Shown: positions 31,301 to 41,000 of the stretch, in pieces
Layout: each line of letters opens with the position of its first letter
How positions within the stretch are numbered: the first letter of the stretch is position 1
IMG/VR virus record: IMGVR_UViG_3300014208_000039
Span: 1-64,000 of that record
Length of the DNA: 64,000 nt
Source: a virus
Lineage: Duplodnaviria > Caudoviricetes
Direction: 5' to 3' (one strand)
Program-made: the position numbers and the translations under genes
Notes under the pieces: model-generated
What the model was told of the DNA's origin: nothing
Seen by the model: the letters and a program-made list of their open reading frames with translations, nothing else
Databases searched by the model: none

Positions 31301-32009
31301 CCCTGATAATCCAATAACTAAAACGGTTTTTGTTGATTATAATGGAAATTATGGACCACTACCAATAACATTTTATTTGGACGAGGATGGTGAAAGAATA
31401 AGGGCATCTTTGAACGAACCTGGAAGGCTTAATGAGTCATCACAAAGGGTTCCATTTTTTTTATGGGATAAGAAAGGAACTGGATTTGGTGAATATACGA
31501 CTGATACATTTGACGATCAATCATGGTCATATTCTGTTCCACAAGTTCAACCATTACAGGGAATGACATACCATTATTTATATAATAACAATGATAAATA
31601 TCTTTTATTACCAATAACATATAATTTTAATGGATTAACTATACCAACGACAGGTAATACAACTAATGATGTTGATTTTGATATAATTGATTCAGGAATT
31701 GGAACTCATTTTCTATATGATAACAAATATCCCGGATTCACAGTCTTAGAAGTCACTAGTGGAACAACAGAAAATCCAATGGCAGGTAGGTTATATACTC
31801 GTGTTGGCGATGTGACAGGTTGGGTTCAAACAAGTTGGACATATTTAAATGATTTTGTAATTAGACCAACTCAAGATTATTATTACGGAAATAGACAAAT
31901 ATTGTCAACGCCATTTATGTTTTATTTTGGTTTAAAATCGGGAAAAACTGGGTTAGATAAATTTATAAAACATTTTGGAGATAAAAACGACTTCACAACT
32001 ATTGAATAA
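28320..32009 (+). CDS. Peripheral baseplate/virion protein with an N-terminal carboxypeptidase-regulatory-like beta-sandwich and an internal hydrophobic segment
   Basis: GVVCGRISINNGLGVPNAKVSIF..TAKTNNSGDFMIWGVPLGTQTIHVDVD; Cys-rich; preceded by TATTTATA. Confidence 0.5.
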   Translation: MQKHRISTDIGRDQFVKVELNQDFELLEILSLKFTQKEAYASYCSDYGVVCGRISINNGLGVPNAKVSIFIPLDDVDSIDPLISTLYPYTSVTDRDENGYRYNLLPNRKQHGGHEPTGTFPDQSDILTREEVLEIYEKYYKFTAKTNNSGDFMIWGVPLGTQTIHVDVDLSDMGCFSLRPYDFLRLGYGEDQFKSSFSFKASEDIDSLPQIVRFDKTIEVYPLWGNESICEIGLTRTDFDLSSIGVKLEPKAYLIGGVYTDTNKNSINKNCQVRRKMGRKCDLTTKSGKIEAIRFTHRKDENKRPILENYTINEDIPEDGGFVFPIPMNTEFLYTNEFGENEITNDPNKGVPTASCYRFRFTLDDSGNDRSRKTASYLVPNIREHQTSEDEVEKSYTFSTNWTDYPTASIDLNNVNIDKLGILYNVDGQYIPQDYFYRLTYNKVYTVSSFHSMYYHKSDFTNDRYVGMKELVPTEEEDCSDNVTPPVNYGTKNKTFQLLIVEVVLFMEQLFNMVTLLFFNTLAKIFHAFANAVNFWPIRRLSRLIRKFAYRFQNSTQKQLFLINYPECDECNGDNEYGIGVSDPDLGFCEVGTIIITGSTDETARQLRIDGFNSSPITSDCTGATPILNMADFVARQTSYILTVESIGVSLTGSPITYNTDISGYVFNDIEQIFPDSAEYLVKIRDKNVISNSIPTGTTLEDGCGLYDVPYDEKLVNVYYTCNTGNRCPTSVYTPGMDVVASNLSDTSDYRLPSSYDGDVYQPLTPSGYVEFSNGIFNIIPGPLSNGRLIRILVEYRRRKRVGKLFCGGIVNYSFIDNWLSGSLYFILFKGKKGKYCSDIIRYSSSQEKYYYRSSIYSDNTFGTVDWAGEVGNPTRYLGRPTTIVDLGPRDEFIKEICTDPSLDPNSSVARSIGSTSFQSFGELLGLAINYRMDVSKSDYDINQFFGNNGFNLPNQKILAGDILQLISINNEVGIEEFDLQNVKYIGYSYQYLDPDNPITKTVFVDYNGNYGPLPITFYLDEDGERIRASLNEPGRLNESSQRVPFFLWDKKGTGFGEYTTDTFDDQSWSYSVPQVQPLQGMTYHYLYNNNDKYLLLPITYNFNGLTIPTTGNTTNDVDFDIIDSGIGTHFLYDNKYPGFTVLEVTSGTTENPMAGRLYTRVGDVTGWVQTSWTYLNDFVIRPTQDYYYGNRQILSTPFMFYFGLKSGKTGLDKFIKHFGDKNDFTTIE

Positions 32010-33757
32010 TGAAAAAGAAGAAAATATTATTGCCAACGAAAAAATTTTTTAAATCAGAAGAAGAAGATTTAAATATTTCTTTAAATTTAGATACAAAAGA
32101 TAAACTATTAAGGGAAGGTGATAGAGATATTATATTAAATATTAGTGATTTATTTGATGATGAAAGAAATAATAGTAACAACTATAAGATTTATGGTAAA
32201 ATAAGGATGATTTACCGAAATATGTATTCAGGAACAACAACTTATTCGCCATTGGTTCGTCATTTATATGTATCAGATGAAAATAGTAGTTTAAATGAGG
32301 GGTTTTTATCTTATAATGAGTATGGTTTTATTAGAAACGACACATTACATGAAGTTAACAATATAACACATAGTTCAATTGTTCCGATAATCCCAATTGA
32401 CACAATGTTGAAAGGAACAGAATACACTGGACATACTGTGACTACTAATTTTACTGCGCCATATAAAAATTGGAACTTATACCTTAGTTATGTTTACGGC
32501 CAAGACGAAAATTACCCAATGACATACACTTTAACAGGTGGAACAAAATGTAACTTCGTTTCAGGAACAGGAATACCATTTAGGATTGAGCAAACAGGAA
32601 AGACTTATAAACTAACTTCACCTGTTGAACATGGGATGAGTGTTGGTGAATACATTGTATTGTCAGGTGATACATTATCAGGGTTAGAATCGGGTAGGAC
32701 ATTCAATATTTTAACCGTTGGGGATGAAACACATAATTCTGAAAAATATGTACTTGAAATTCCAAATGTTTACACAATAACGTCAACAATTGTGATAGGT
32801 AAAAGATGTTTAGACCCTAAAAATATTAGTGGTACTTCATCGAAATATTATGTTCATAAACATAAAACAATAAGTGACGTTGCCGACTATATAATTGACA
32901 ATGCAGGGTTTGAAAAATCAATTTGGGAAGAAGAAAGAAAGATATTATTTGAAAATGCTTTGAGTGAAACTGATGTTTTAGTTGAAAGAAACAGAATGGA
33001 ATCATTATTATATGATTTCAAAGAACCATTTGTTCTAAAAGACATTCTTAATAATTTAGGATACACCCCAACAGAGGTTTATGTAACAGTTATCAATAGA
33101 AACGGAAACGGATACTTCAATTATCCACCAAAAGTCGGTTATAAATTTAATTTTCATAACACATGGATGGACGAACATTTTAACGGCTCATCATCTGAAG
33201 AAACAACAATTGGAAAACAAGTAATAACAACCAATACAACTGGATATACTTTTACGGGTGGAACGGAATTGAATACAGGAACAACGTTAGTTGGAGCATT
33301 TGTAGAATATAATGAAAGTGAAATGAAAGAAAGAATTATTTCAGAATCGTTTCATAAAATAACTTTAAGACCTGATGTTTTCAATCATGGTCAAACTGGT
33401 AATGTTAATATGTTTACAGGTGCAACGCCAACAAATCCATTCGGGTTTTATTACCAAACACATTATAGGGTTAAATTAAGACAACTTTCTCCTTATATTG
33501 AAACATCGGATACGGATAACGTTTATAATTTACCTGAAAACACAAAATACAATGAATTAGAAAAGGTTTGGAAATGGAGAGATTTATACGATCATGGTTA
33601 TGTTGACCCTGATGGTTTTGGAACGAATTATCCCTTTACAAACAACACACACTATGTTAAAAACGACATAAATTTCTATTTCAGGAACGAAAGATATTTC
33701 ACCAACAAGAAAGATGGAATAACGAACTTCAATAATCGTAGATTAAAAATTTGTTAA
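32009..33757 (+). CDS. Putative virion structural protein
   Basis: In the baseplate operon, stop/start coupled, Thr/Gly-rich. Confidence 0.55.
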   Translation: MKKKKILLPTKKFFKSEEEDLNISLNLDTKDKLLREGDRDIILNISDLFDDERNNSNNYKIYGKIRMIYRNMYSGTTTYSPLVRHLYVSDENSSLNEGFLSYNEYGFIRNDTLHEVNNITHSSIVPIIPIDTMLKGTEYTGHTVTTNFTAPYKNWNLYLSYVYGQDENYPMTYTLTGGTKCNFVSGTGIPFRIEQTGKTYKLTSPVEHGMSVGEYIVLSGDTLSGLESGRTFNILTVGDETHNSEKYVLEIPNVYTITSTIVIGKRCLDPKNISGTSSKYYVHKHKTISDVADYIIDNAGFEKSIWEEERKILFENALSETDVLVERNRMESLLYDFKEPFVLKDILNNLGYTPTEVYVTVINRNGNGYFNYPPKVGYKFNFHNTWMDEHFNGSSSEETTIGKQVITTNTTGYTFTGGTELNTGTTLVGAFVEYNESEMKERIISESFHKITLRPDVFNHGQTGNVNMFTGATPTNPFGFYYQTHYRVKLRQLSPYIETSDTDNVYNLPENTKYNELEKVWKWRDLYDHGYVDPDGFGTNYPFTNNTHYVKNDINFYFRNERYFTNKKDGITNFNNRRLKIC

Positions 33758-34554
33758 TGGAAATTTTAAGAAGTAACGAAGATAAAAAAATAATCATAAA
33801 CCCTATACTTGATTTTAGTATTGATTTAGGTTGGGAAGAAAATTTTGCAGACTACGAAGACGAAGCTCTGAAGAAAGTTATTAACCCTGTTGAAAACTAT
33901 GAAACCGTTAGGTTTATTCATAAAGAATATCCTATCCCATTGTACAATAGTGAAAAACAATGTGATATATGGTACTATTTTTATTTTTTAACAGGTGGAA
34001 CTGGATATACACAAAACTATGAAACTGTGGGAATTTCTCTTAGTGAAAACGCTAAAATGTTAAAACAATCAACTGAAAGTTTCTTCAGATTAGAATTCTA
34101 TAAAACCCCAAATGGGGATTTGCCAAATAGAACAAATAGAAGATTGGTCATGACAAGAAATTTAACCCTTCCATTAGGTGAAAAGTATTTTGATACAACA
34201 ATTAATGATAATATATATATTCCTGTTTTTATGGGTTCAAACTTTAGAAATAAAGAAAATATGTATCAATTTTGGTTTAAAGACGACACTGCACTTGATG
34301 AAACTGAATTAACAGGTACGACATTTTGGATGACAGCTAAATTCTATAATGCGGATGACGGAAGTATAATTGATTTCGTTAATAAAAACGTAAATCTACC
34401 AACACCTGTCAATGAAAGGGTTGGAATGAGCGGAAAACCTATTTTATTTTATGAAAAAGGAATTTCTGGCTCTGAAGTTAATGAAACTGAAGATTTATAT
34501 TATAAGGTGATTATAGATAGAACCGATTATTCTTATAGGGTAGAAAGATTTTAA
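33757..34554 (+). CDS. Putative virion structural protein
   Basis: ATG 33757 overlaps the upstream TAA (track start 33751 is TTG); operon context. Confidence 0.55.
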   Translation: MEILRSNEDKKIIINPILDFSIDLGWEENFADYEDEALKKVINPVENYETVRFIHKEYPIPLYNSEKQCDIWYYFYFLTGGTGYTQNYETVGISLSENAKMLKQSTESFFRLEFYKTPNGDLPNRTNRRLVMTRNLTLPLGEKYFDTTINDNIYIPVFMGSNFRNKENMYQFWFKDDTALDETELTGTTFWMTAKFYNADDGSIIDFVNKNVNLPTPVNERVGMSGKPILFYEKGISGSEVNETEDLYYKVIIDRTDYSYRVERF

Positions 34555-34555
34555 A

Positions 34556-35659
34556 ATGGAAAAGAACAAATACGAAATATTACAAAAAAACATTCCTAAT
34601 GTTGAATTAGTTTCATTAACTAGTCAAAATTGGTATGATTATAATCATGACCTTTTTCCTTGGTCGGGAACAACTACTGCCCCAAATATAAACGATATTG
34701 TTTATAATGTAACTGGTAGTACGGCTACCGGATATTATAAATGGTTGGGTTCAACATGGACGGGAATCACTAAGAGTGAAGCATATGAAGATTTTGTAAT
34801 TCCGATTTATTTGGAAAACACAATAAAAGATTTAGGGGTTTTAGTTGGATGGGACGGTCAAATAGAACAAGTAGAACAACTATGCAACTTTACATATAGT
34901 GGCGCCACAGGGTCAACTACTGTTACCGTATCAAATGCTGTTAATCCGGATAAATTAAGAAAGATAGTTGACCAAAATTTTACGATAAATTGGGGTGATG
35001 GAACTACGGGAACAATTGGTTCAACAATGTTTTCACAAATATCACACCCATATCCCATTACTGGAGGAACATACGAAGTTTCTATATATTTGGAATCACC
35101 TTGGACAACACAAAAATTAACTAAAACAATTATAGTACCATTTATAGACCCAACTATTGTTGATAATGAATTTGGAACGTTTACGGGTTACACTATTACA
35201 GGTGGTACATTTGAACAGGATTATTTAAACGATTTAGACCTTAGCACAGGACAAACTTCGGGAACTACTTTTACTTATGTCGCAATAGGTGGAAGTAAAA
35301 TTGACCAAAAAATATTATACGGACAAACTTCGCCAACAGGAATAACAACGGGAACGACTGAAGGTTTATCATGGAGTGGATACACTATTGATGATTTTTA
35401 TTATAGGGACTATGCTGATGGTTACACAATGATAACAGGTTCAACGATAGGTGTTATAAAAGAAGAAATTCCTAATCTATGTTTAACAAGAAATGAACAC
35501 TTTATAGGGTTCATAGATGAGCCAACGGTTTATTCTGACATATTTGTTGAAAGGGGTAAACAAGGGGTTATGGAAAGAAATTTAAGATTAAGTGAAATTG
35601 ACAATATTGGTGAATTAGAAATATACGGAAACGGATATTTTAATATAAGAAAACAATAA
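34556..35659 (+). CDS. Putative virion structural protein with a PKD-like INWGDG motif
   Basis: FTINWGDGT..SHPY PKD-like signature; 14 [ST]GxT motifs. Confidence 0.55.
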   Translation: MEKNKYEILQKNIPNVELVSLTSQNWYDYNHDLFPWSGTTTAPNINDIVYNVTGSTATGYYKWLGSTWTGITKSEAYEDFVIPIYLENTIKDLGVLVGWDGQIEQVEQLCNFTYSGATGSTTVTVSNAVNPDKLRKIVDQNFTINWGDGTTGTIGSTMFSQISHPYPITGGTYEVSIYLESPWTTQKLTKTIIVPFIDPTIVDNEFGTFTGYTITGGTFEQDYLNDLDLSTGQTSGTTFTYVAIGGSKIDQKILYGQTSPTGITTGTTEGLSWSGYTIDDFYYRDYADGYTMITGSTIGVIKEEIPNLCLTRNEHFIGFIDEPTVYSDIFVERGKQGVMERNLRLSEIDNIGELEIYGNGYFNIRKQ

Positions 35660-35750
35660 CAAATGTATTTATTAAGTATGATCAAAGAAAATATAAAAAA
35701 GAGAACAAAATGCTCAATAAATAAAGAAGAATTATTAAAAATACAATAAA

Positions 35751-36674
35751 ATGGCACAGGGCAGTTATGGCAATATTAGACCAGCGGACGTATCACCAGC
35801 AGATTGTGAAATATTTTACTATTTTACATCTGGAAGAACAGCGTCTGCATTAACCACATCATTAAGGTTCAAGAAGTTATCATCAGAAGATGTGTTAACA
35901 CCTATTTTTTACGGTGATATGACTGAAAATGCAGAATTGCCAACTAACGAACTTATTGGTGGTTTATATAATTTAAAATTAACTTCTGATGATTTTTCTG
36001 ACTTAGGAATTTACACATTACATATTAGACCAAAACAAATCAGGGCTCAAATTACCGATTGTGGTATTTTGGCTTCGCTACCTTCAGTAAGAGGGTTGGT
36101 TATCGATTTATCACAAACAACGTTGAATGATGACCGTAATAAATTCGTTCCACAGGGTTTAGTGGGATATAGAATCGAATATCTTAACGATGATGGTACA
36201 AAGATACCTAATTTCTTTAGAATCGTTACATCGTCATTTTATTGTACTCCAATTATGACAAATTCAACGAGTACAACACAAAAGTCCATTAGATATCAAT
36301 ATACTAACAATACTACAAATTTAATGTTCTTAACATTAACACCATCGTCAGCACCGTCTAGTAAACCTAACACCGTTCCGTCTATCGGCCAACCAAATCA
36401 AAAAATCATATTCAGTAACACGTATTTTAATCCTGTTACCGTAGAAATTGAAATGGTAGAACATGACGCAACAACATTAGGTCACGCATTATATGGTAAC
36501 CAAAGTAAAGCGATTTCATCTGGTATTTATACTATCTACGATAACAATAACAATATCTATAAACAATACAATCTATACGAAATTAAAGATGAACTTAATG
36601 AAACTTTATTCGAAATTAGAGAAGAAAGAAATGATATTGATGAATCGTTAAACTTTACTGAAATAACACAATAA
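35751..36674 (+). CDS. Putative virion structural protein
   Basis: Operon context in the baseplate region; no catalytic motif recognised. Confidence 0.55.
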   Translation: MAQGSYGNIRPADVSPADCEIFYYFTSGRTASALTTSLRFKKLSSEDVLTPIFYGDMTENAELPTNELIGGLYNLKLTSDDFSDLGIYTLHIRPKQIRAQITDCGILASLPSVRGLVIDLSQTTLNDDRNKFVPQGLVGYRIEYLNDDGTKIPNFFRIVTSSFYCTPIMTNSTSTTQKSIRYQYTNNTTNLMFLTLTPSSAPSSKPNTVPSIGQPNQKIIFSNTYFNPVTVEIEMVEHDATTLGHALYGNQSKAISSGIYTIYDNNNNIYKQYNLYEIKDELNETLFEIREERNDIDESLNFTEITQ

Positions 36675-36681
36675 TTATTAA

Positions 36682-37970
36682 AAATAATATAGAAATTATA
36701 ACTTTTCTATATTATTTAGATATTTATAAATATGAAGTTAGTTGAACAACATATTTTCCATAAAACCAGTAATAGATTTAAATCTTTAGATAACATCTGT
36801 TTTTTATCAAAAAACTTATATAATTCGGCGTTATACAGAATAAAAAACGATTTCGATTCTAACGGAAAATGGTTAAGATATAATGAATTAGAAAAAGAAT
36901 TTAGAACATCGGATCAAAAAGATTATATTTCTTTACCTAACAATTCTTCGCAACAAATTCTAATGCTACTTGATTCAAACCTTAAATCCTATTTTAAGGG
37001 TTTAAAATCATTTAAAAAATCTAAAACATCTTTTAGTGGTTGTCCGAAATTTCCTTTTTATAAACATAAAACAAAAGGAAGAAATATAGTTGTTTTTACG
37101 TCAGTTCAATTTAGATTTAAAGATAATAAAATTTTCTTTCCAAAAAAATCAGGTATTTCGCCATTATCAACAAAATTATCCAAAGACAGTAAAATACAAC
37201 AAGTACGTGTTATACCTAAAAACGATTTATACGTAATTGAAATTGTTTATAATTTCCAAGAAAAAATTAATTTAAATAAAAATAATGAATATTTGTCCAT
37301 AGATTTAGGAATTAATAATTTAGCTTCATGTATAACAACGAAAGATGATATACCGTTTATTATAAACGGTAAACCGTTAAAATCAATAAATCAATATTAT
37401 AATAAAAAGAAGTCATATTATCAGAGTAAATTAGAATTAAATAATAAAAAGAAATGTAGTAAAAGAATCACAAAATTAACAAATAAAAGGAATAATAAAA
37501 TTAATGATTATTTACATAAGTCCAGTAAATTAATCATTAATTATTGTAAAGAAAACCAAATTGATAATTTGGTCTTAGGTAAAAATATAGGCTGGAAACA
37601 GGAAGTTAAATTGGGTAAGAAGAACAATCAGAATTTTGTTCAGATTCCGTTTAATAAGTTTGAGTCGTATCTAAGTTATAAGTGTATTAAGGAAGGAATA
37701 AACTTTTTATTAAGAGAAGAAAGTTATACATCAAAAGCAAGTTCATTGGATATGGATTTTATTCCAAATTTTGATTCAAAAGAAGATCATATTTTTTCGG
37801 GAAAAAGAATTAAAAGAGGGTTATATAAAACTTGTGATGGAACGTTACTTAATGCGGATATTAATGGAAGTATTAATATATTAAGAAAAGAAATTGGGGA
37901 CGATTGGTTAAAACCAATAATACTCAATAGAGGGTTCGTGGTTAACCCAATAAAGGTGTCACCTTTATAA
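36682..37970 (+). mobile_element. Non-autonomous IS1341-like element (tnpB with terminal hairpins)
   Basis: 14-bp left hairpin AAATAATATAGAAA / TTTCTATATTATTT (36682-36717); right hairpins GGGTT..AACCC (37932-37948) and ATAAAGGTG-T-CACCTTTAT (37950-37968). Exact ends uncertain. Confidence 0.6.
36732..37970 (+). CDS. tnpB: IS200/IS605-family TnpB RNA-guided endonuclease (no tnpA)
   Basis: LSKNLYNSALY, RuvC-I LSIDLGINNLA, INGKPLKSINQYYNK, DYLHKSSK, NFVQIPF, REESYTSKAS, RuvC-III LNADINGSINILRK. Confidence 0.92.
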   Translation: MKLVEQHIFHKTSNRFKSLDNICFLSKNLYNSALYRIKNDFDSNGKWLRYNELEKEFRTSDQKDYISLPNNSSQQILMLLDSNLKSYFKGLKSFKKSKTSFSGCPKFPFYKHKTKGRNIVVFTSVQFRFKDNKIFFPKKSGISPLSTKLSKDSKIQQVRVIPKNDLYVIEIVYNFQEKINLNKNNEYLSIDLGINNLASCITTKDDIPFIINGKPLKSINQYYNKKKSYYQSKLELNNKKKCSKRITKLTNKRNNKINDYLHKSSKLIINYCKENQIDNLVLGKNIGWKQEVKLGKKNNQNFVQIPFNKFESYLSYKCIKEGINFLLREESYTSKASSLDMDFIPNFDSKEDHIFSGKRIKRGLYKTCDGTLLNADINGSINILRKEIGDDWLKPIILNRGFVVNPIKVSPL

Positions 37971-38009
37971 AAATAAAATGAATATATTTATAAATAAGTT
38001 TTATTAATC

Positions 38010-41000
38010 ATGGTAGTAAGAAAAAAAGTTCCAAGTCAAGCGGCTAGTGGTGCAGATACTTTCAGCGACAGTTTAGTTGGTAGACAAGTAACGGACGGTA
38101 CTAGTGAGTTAACCAACACGAATTTTGAATTAGATAGGGTTTTCCCTGAAAAAGATAGCAAGAATTTTAGGTCTGCAGCTTTCTCGGAATTTTTAACGCT
38201 CGATGATTTAAAACTTGAAAGTGATGCTGTTAGTACGACTGACAACGAACAAGATGACAATAAAATCAAATTCAAACAATCCAAGGATAACGGAAGTAAA
38301 TCGATATTTGGTTCATTAAAAAGTAGAATCAATGTATCAATTAATCGAATCATTACCAAATTCCCTGCTGCGGTACTTGCCGACTCGGAAACGTCAGTTA
38401 GAACAAACATCTACACTGCGTCAGGAATTACATATGATATTGAATCAAATACAACTGAATTTTATTTAGAGTCGTCAATTCTTTATAACCCATTCGGAAT
38501 TTTATTAACAACACCTTCAGGTAATCCGGATATAAATTCGGATAATCCAATTAGAAATTTCTATTCTTCATATACAAAATATGTTATAGAAATCACAGGT
38601 AGTACATATGACGTTTTAGAATATACTGAACCTACCAGTTCAAACCTAATTAAATTAAAAGTTAAGGGTAATCCTTTTCAATCAAATACAACATATACTG
38701 AAAGTTATCTTATTAGACCTAATAACGGAATTTCAGAAGGATTTTTCAAAGGTTTAGATGACTTAGAACAGGTAATATTAAATAGGGATACAAATCCTAT
38801 ATACAATGCAACATTTAGAATTCCACAAGATAGTTTTGACCAATCTAAAACAAATTTAGTTGAAGTCAGGGTTAATTGGCCTGTTGCAAAAGATAATTGG
38901 AACATAAAAATACATGGTATCGACTATATCAATTATGTTGATAAAATCGGTAGTATTGCTGATGAAATTGATGATTATAAATCTAACTTATTCGTTAGGT
39001 TTATGACTGCACCCCAATTATTTGAATTTGATAGTGATGATCAAAAAGCTCAAGCTGTTTTTCAATTATATGGTCAAAGTTTTGATAGGGTAAAAAAATA
39101 TATTGATAATATTGCGTTTATGCGTAATGTTAGTTATGACGGTATTGAAAATTTACCAGATATTTTATTGAAAAATCTTTCAACAACATTAGGTTTTGAA
39201 ACTATTAATCTAACTGAAAACACAACTATTGACGATTTACTATATAAAAAACAGGATAATACCTTCTCAGGATTATCGATTGGTAGTAATATAATTGATG
39301 GCGAATATGAGTTTTACAGAAGATTATTAGTAAATTTGGCTTATCTGTATAAATCAAAAGGTACTCGTCAATCAATCGAATTTTTTTTACGTTTCATTGG
39401 TGCACCAGAACCGATGATAAAGTTTAATGAGTATACATATAAAATTAAATCGTACCCAAAATCATATAATCTTGAAAAAGACATTTATGATGTTATTGCG
39501 GGAACTAAATCAACCACAATAGCGGAGTTCAACCCAACAGGATACACATATAGCACGGTAACAACAACCACTTCAATAAATTTAACAAGGGAAGAATACC
39601 CTGTTATTGAATATACAAACACGCCAAGGTCATTTTATAGTAACACATATGAAATGTTCTTCCAAAAAGGAGCTGGATGGTATGAATCAACATTAGGCCA
39701 TCGTTCAAGTGATATTCTTGACGAAGAAAATTCGGTTCTTACTGGTAGAACTAAAACGTTAAAAACTAAATCAAGTGATTTTACATTTGGTGAAGATTAT
39801 TTTGACGCGTATAGGACTTTACCTGGGTTAGATACGGGTTATGAAATTGAATCATCGGTTGATAATATTAAAGGTATCGTTAGTGATATTATTCCTAACG
39901 ATATGTTTAATAGAAAAAATATTAGTGTGTATATTACATCGGCAAATGCTGTTGATTATGATATATATAGAAAATCTAGAGATTTATCGATATCCTTTGG
40001 ATCAGCAACTTTATTACCACAAACAGGTGTAACATTTGCTGAATATGCCGACAGAATTTTACATGAACAAATTACAAATTCTAATACGATAAAATACACA
40101 AAGAATTACATCAAATTAGAAGACATTTATAGGGATTATATCAATAGTACAGGATTTACACCATATTACTTAGGCGATCTTAATGAGTTTGTTAATTTAA
40201 TGGGGACAAATTGGTCAAAATTATTAGATCAAATTATTCCATCAAGTACTTTATGGACGGGTGGTAATCTTATCGAAAATAATAGATTTGGAAGACCAAA
40301 ATATCAATATCGTTTAGGTTGTCAACCAAAAGAATTTAATGAAGATGTTTATCCGGATTTTCAAACAACAATTGAAGAAGATATTGAAAATTTAGTTGGG
40401 GATATTAATAATTTTAGGGGATTATCTCAATTAACTGGAGTGAGCTTTTATCCTGTTATTGAAATTGATGGTGAAATTTATCCTAAAAGCGGTGATACAG
40501 ATAATTTTAAAATAAATATTACAAGCGGTGATCTATTCAATGGATTTTCGTTAAATACTTGTAATCCAGTCAATCAAGATAATCTTCCATTAGTGTGTGA
40601 TTATAAACTTACTTTGGATATCGATTATGATTTAATCAAATTACAATGGAAACAAAAATTAATAGATTTAATTGATTATATTAATAATATTACAACGGGT
40701 TATACTGCTGGGTATTATAATTATCAACCATTTTTAAATGCATCGGGTATCGGCCCAACAACATTAACACCAACTGGAATTCCTAAATTAAACTATGAAT
40801 TCTATACTGATATTAACGGTATAGAAAAAATTAAATTTACTTCTATCAAATATAGTACTAACGAATGTTCTGTTTTAGAATATTTTGATTATAGATTTAC
40901 TAGTGAATTCGATACAATTAAAAATGTGTGTTCAATTGACGCTACTATTCAATCTGAAGGTAGTCATTATTCGGGTGGAACAGGTAGTACATTATGTTTA

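Noticed and set aside
35678-35749. 23-codon ORF after a TATTTATT motif
   Set aside because: Too short and Lys-rich with no motif; more likely the leader of the 35751 gene.
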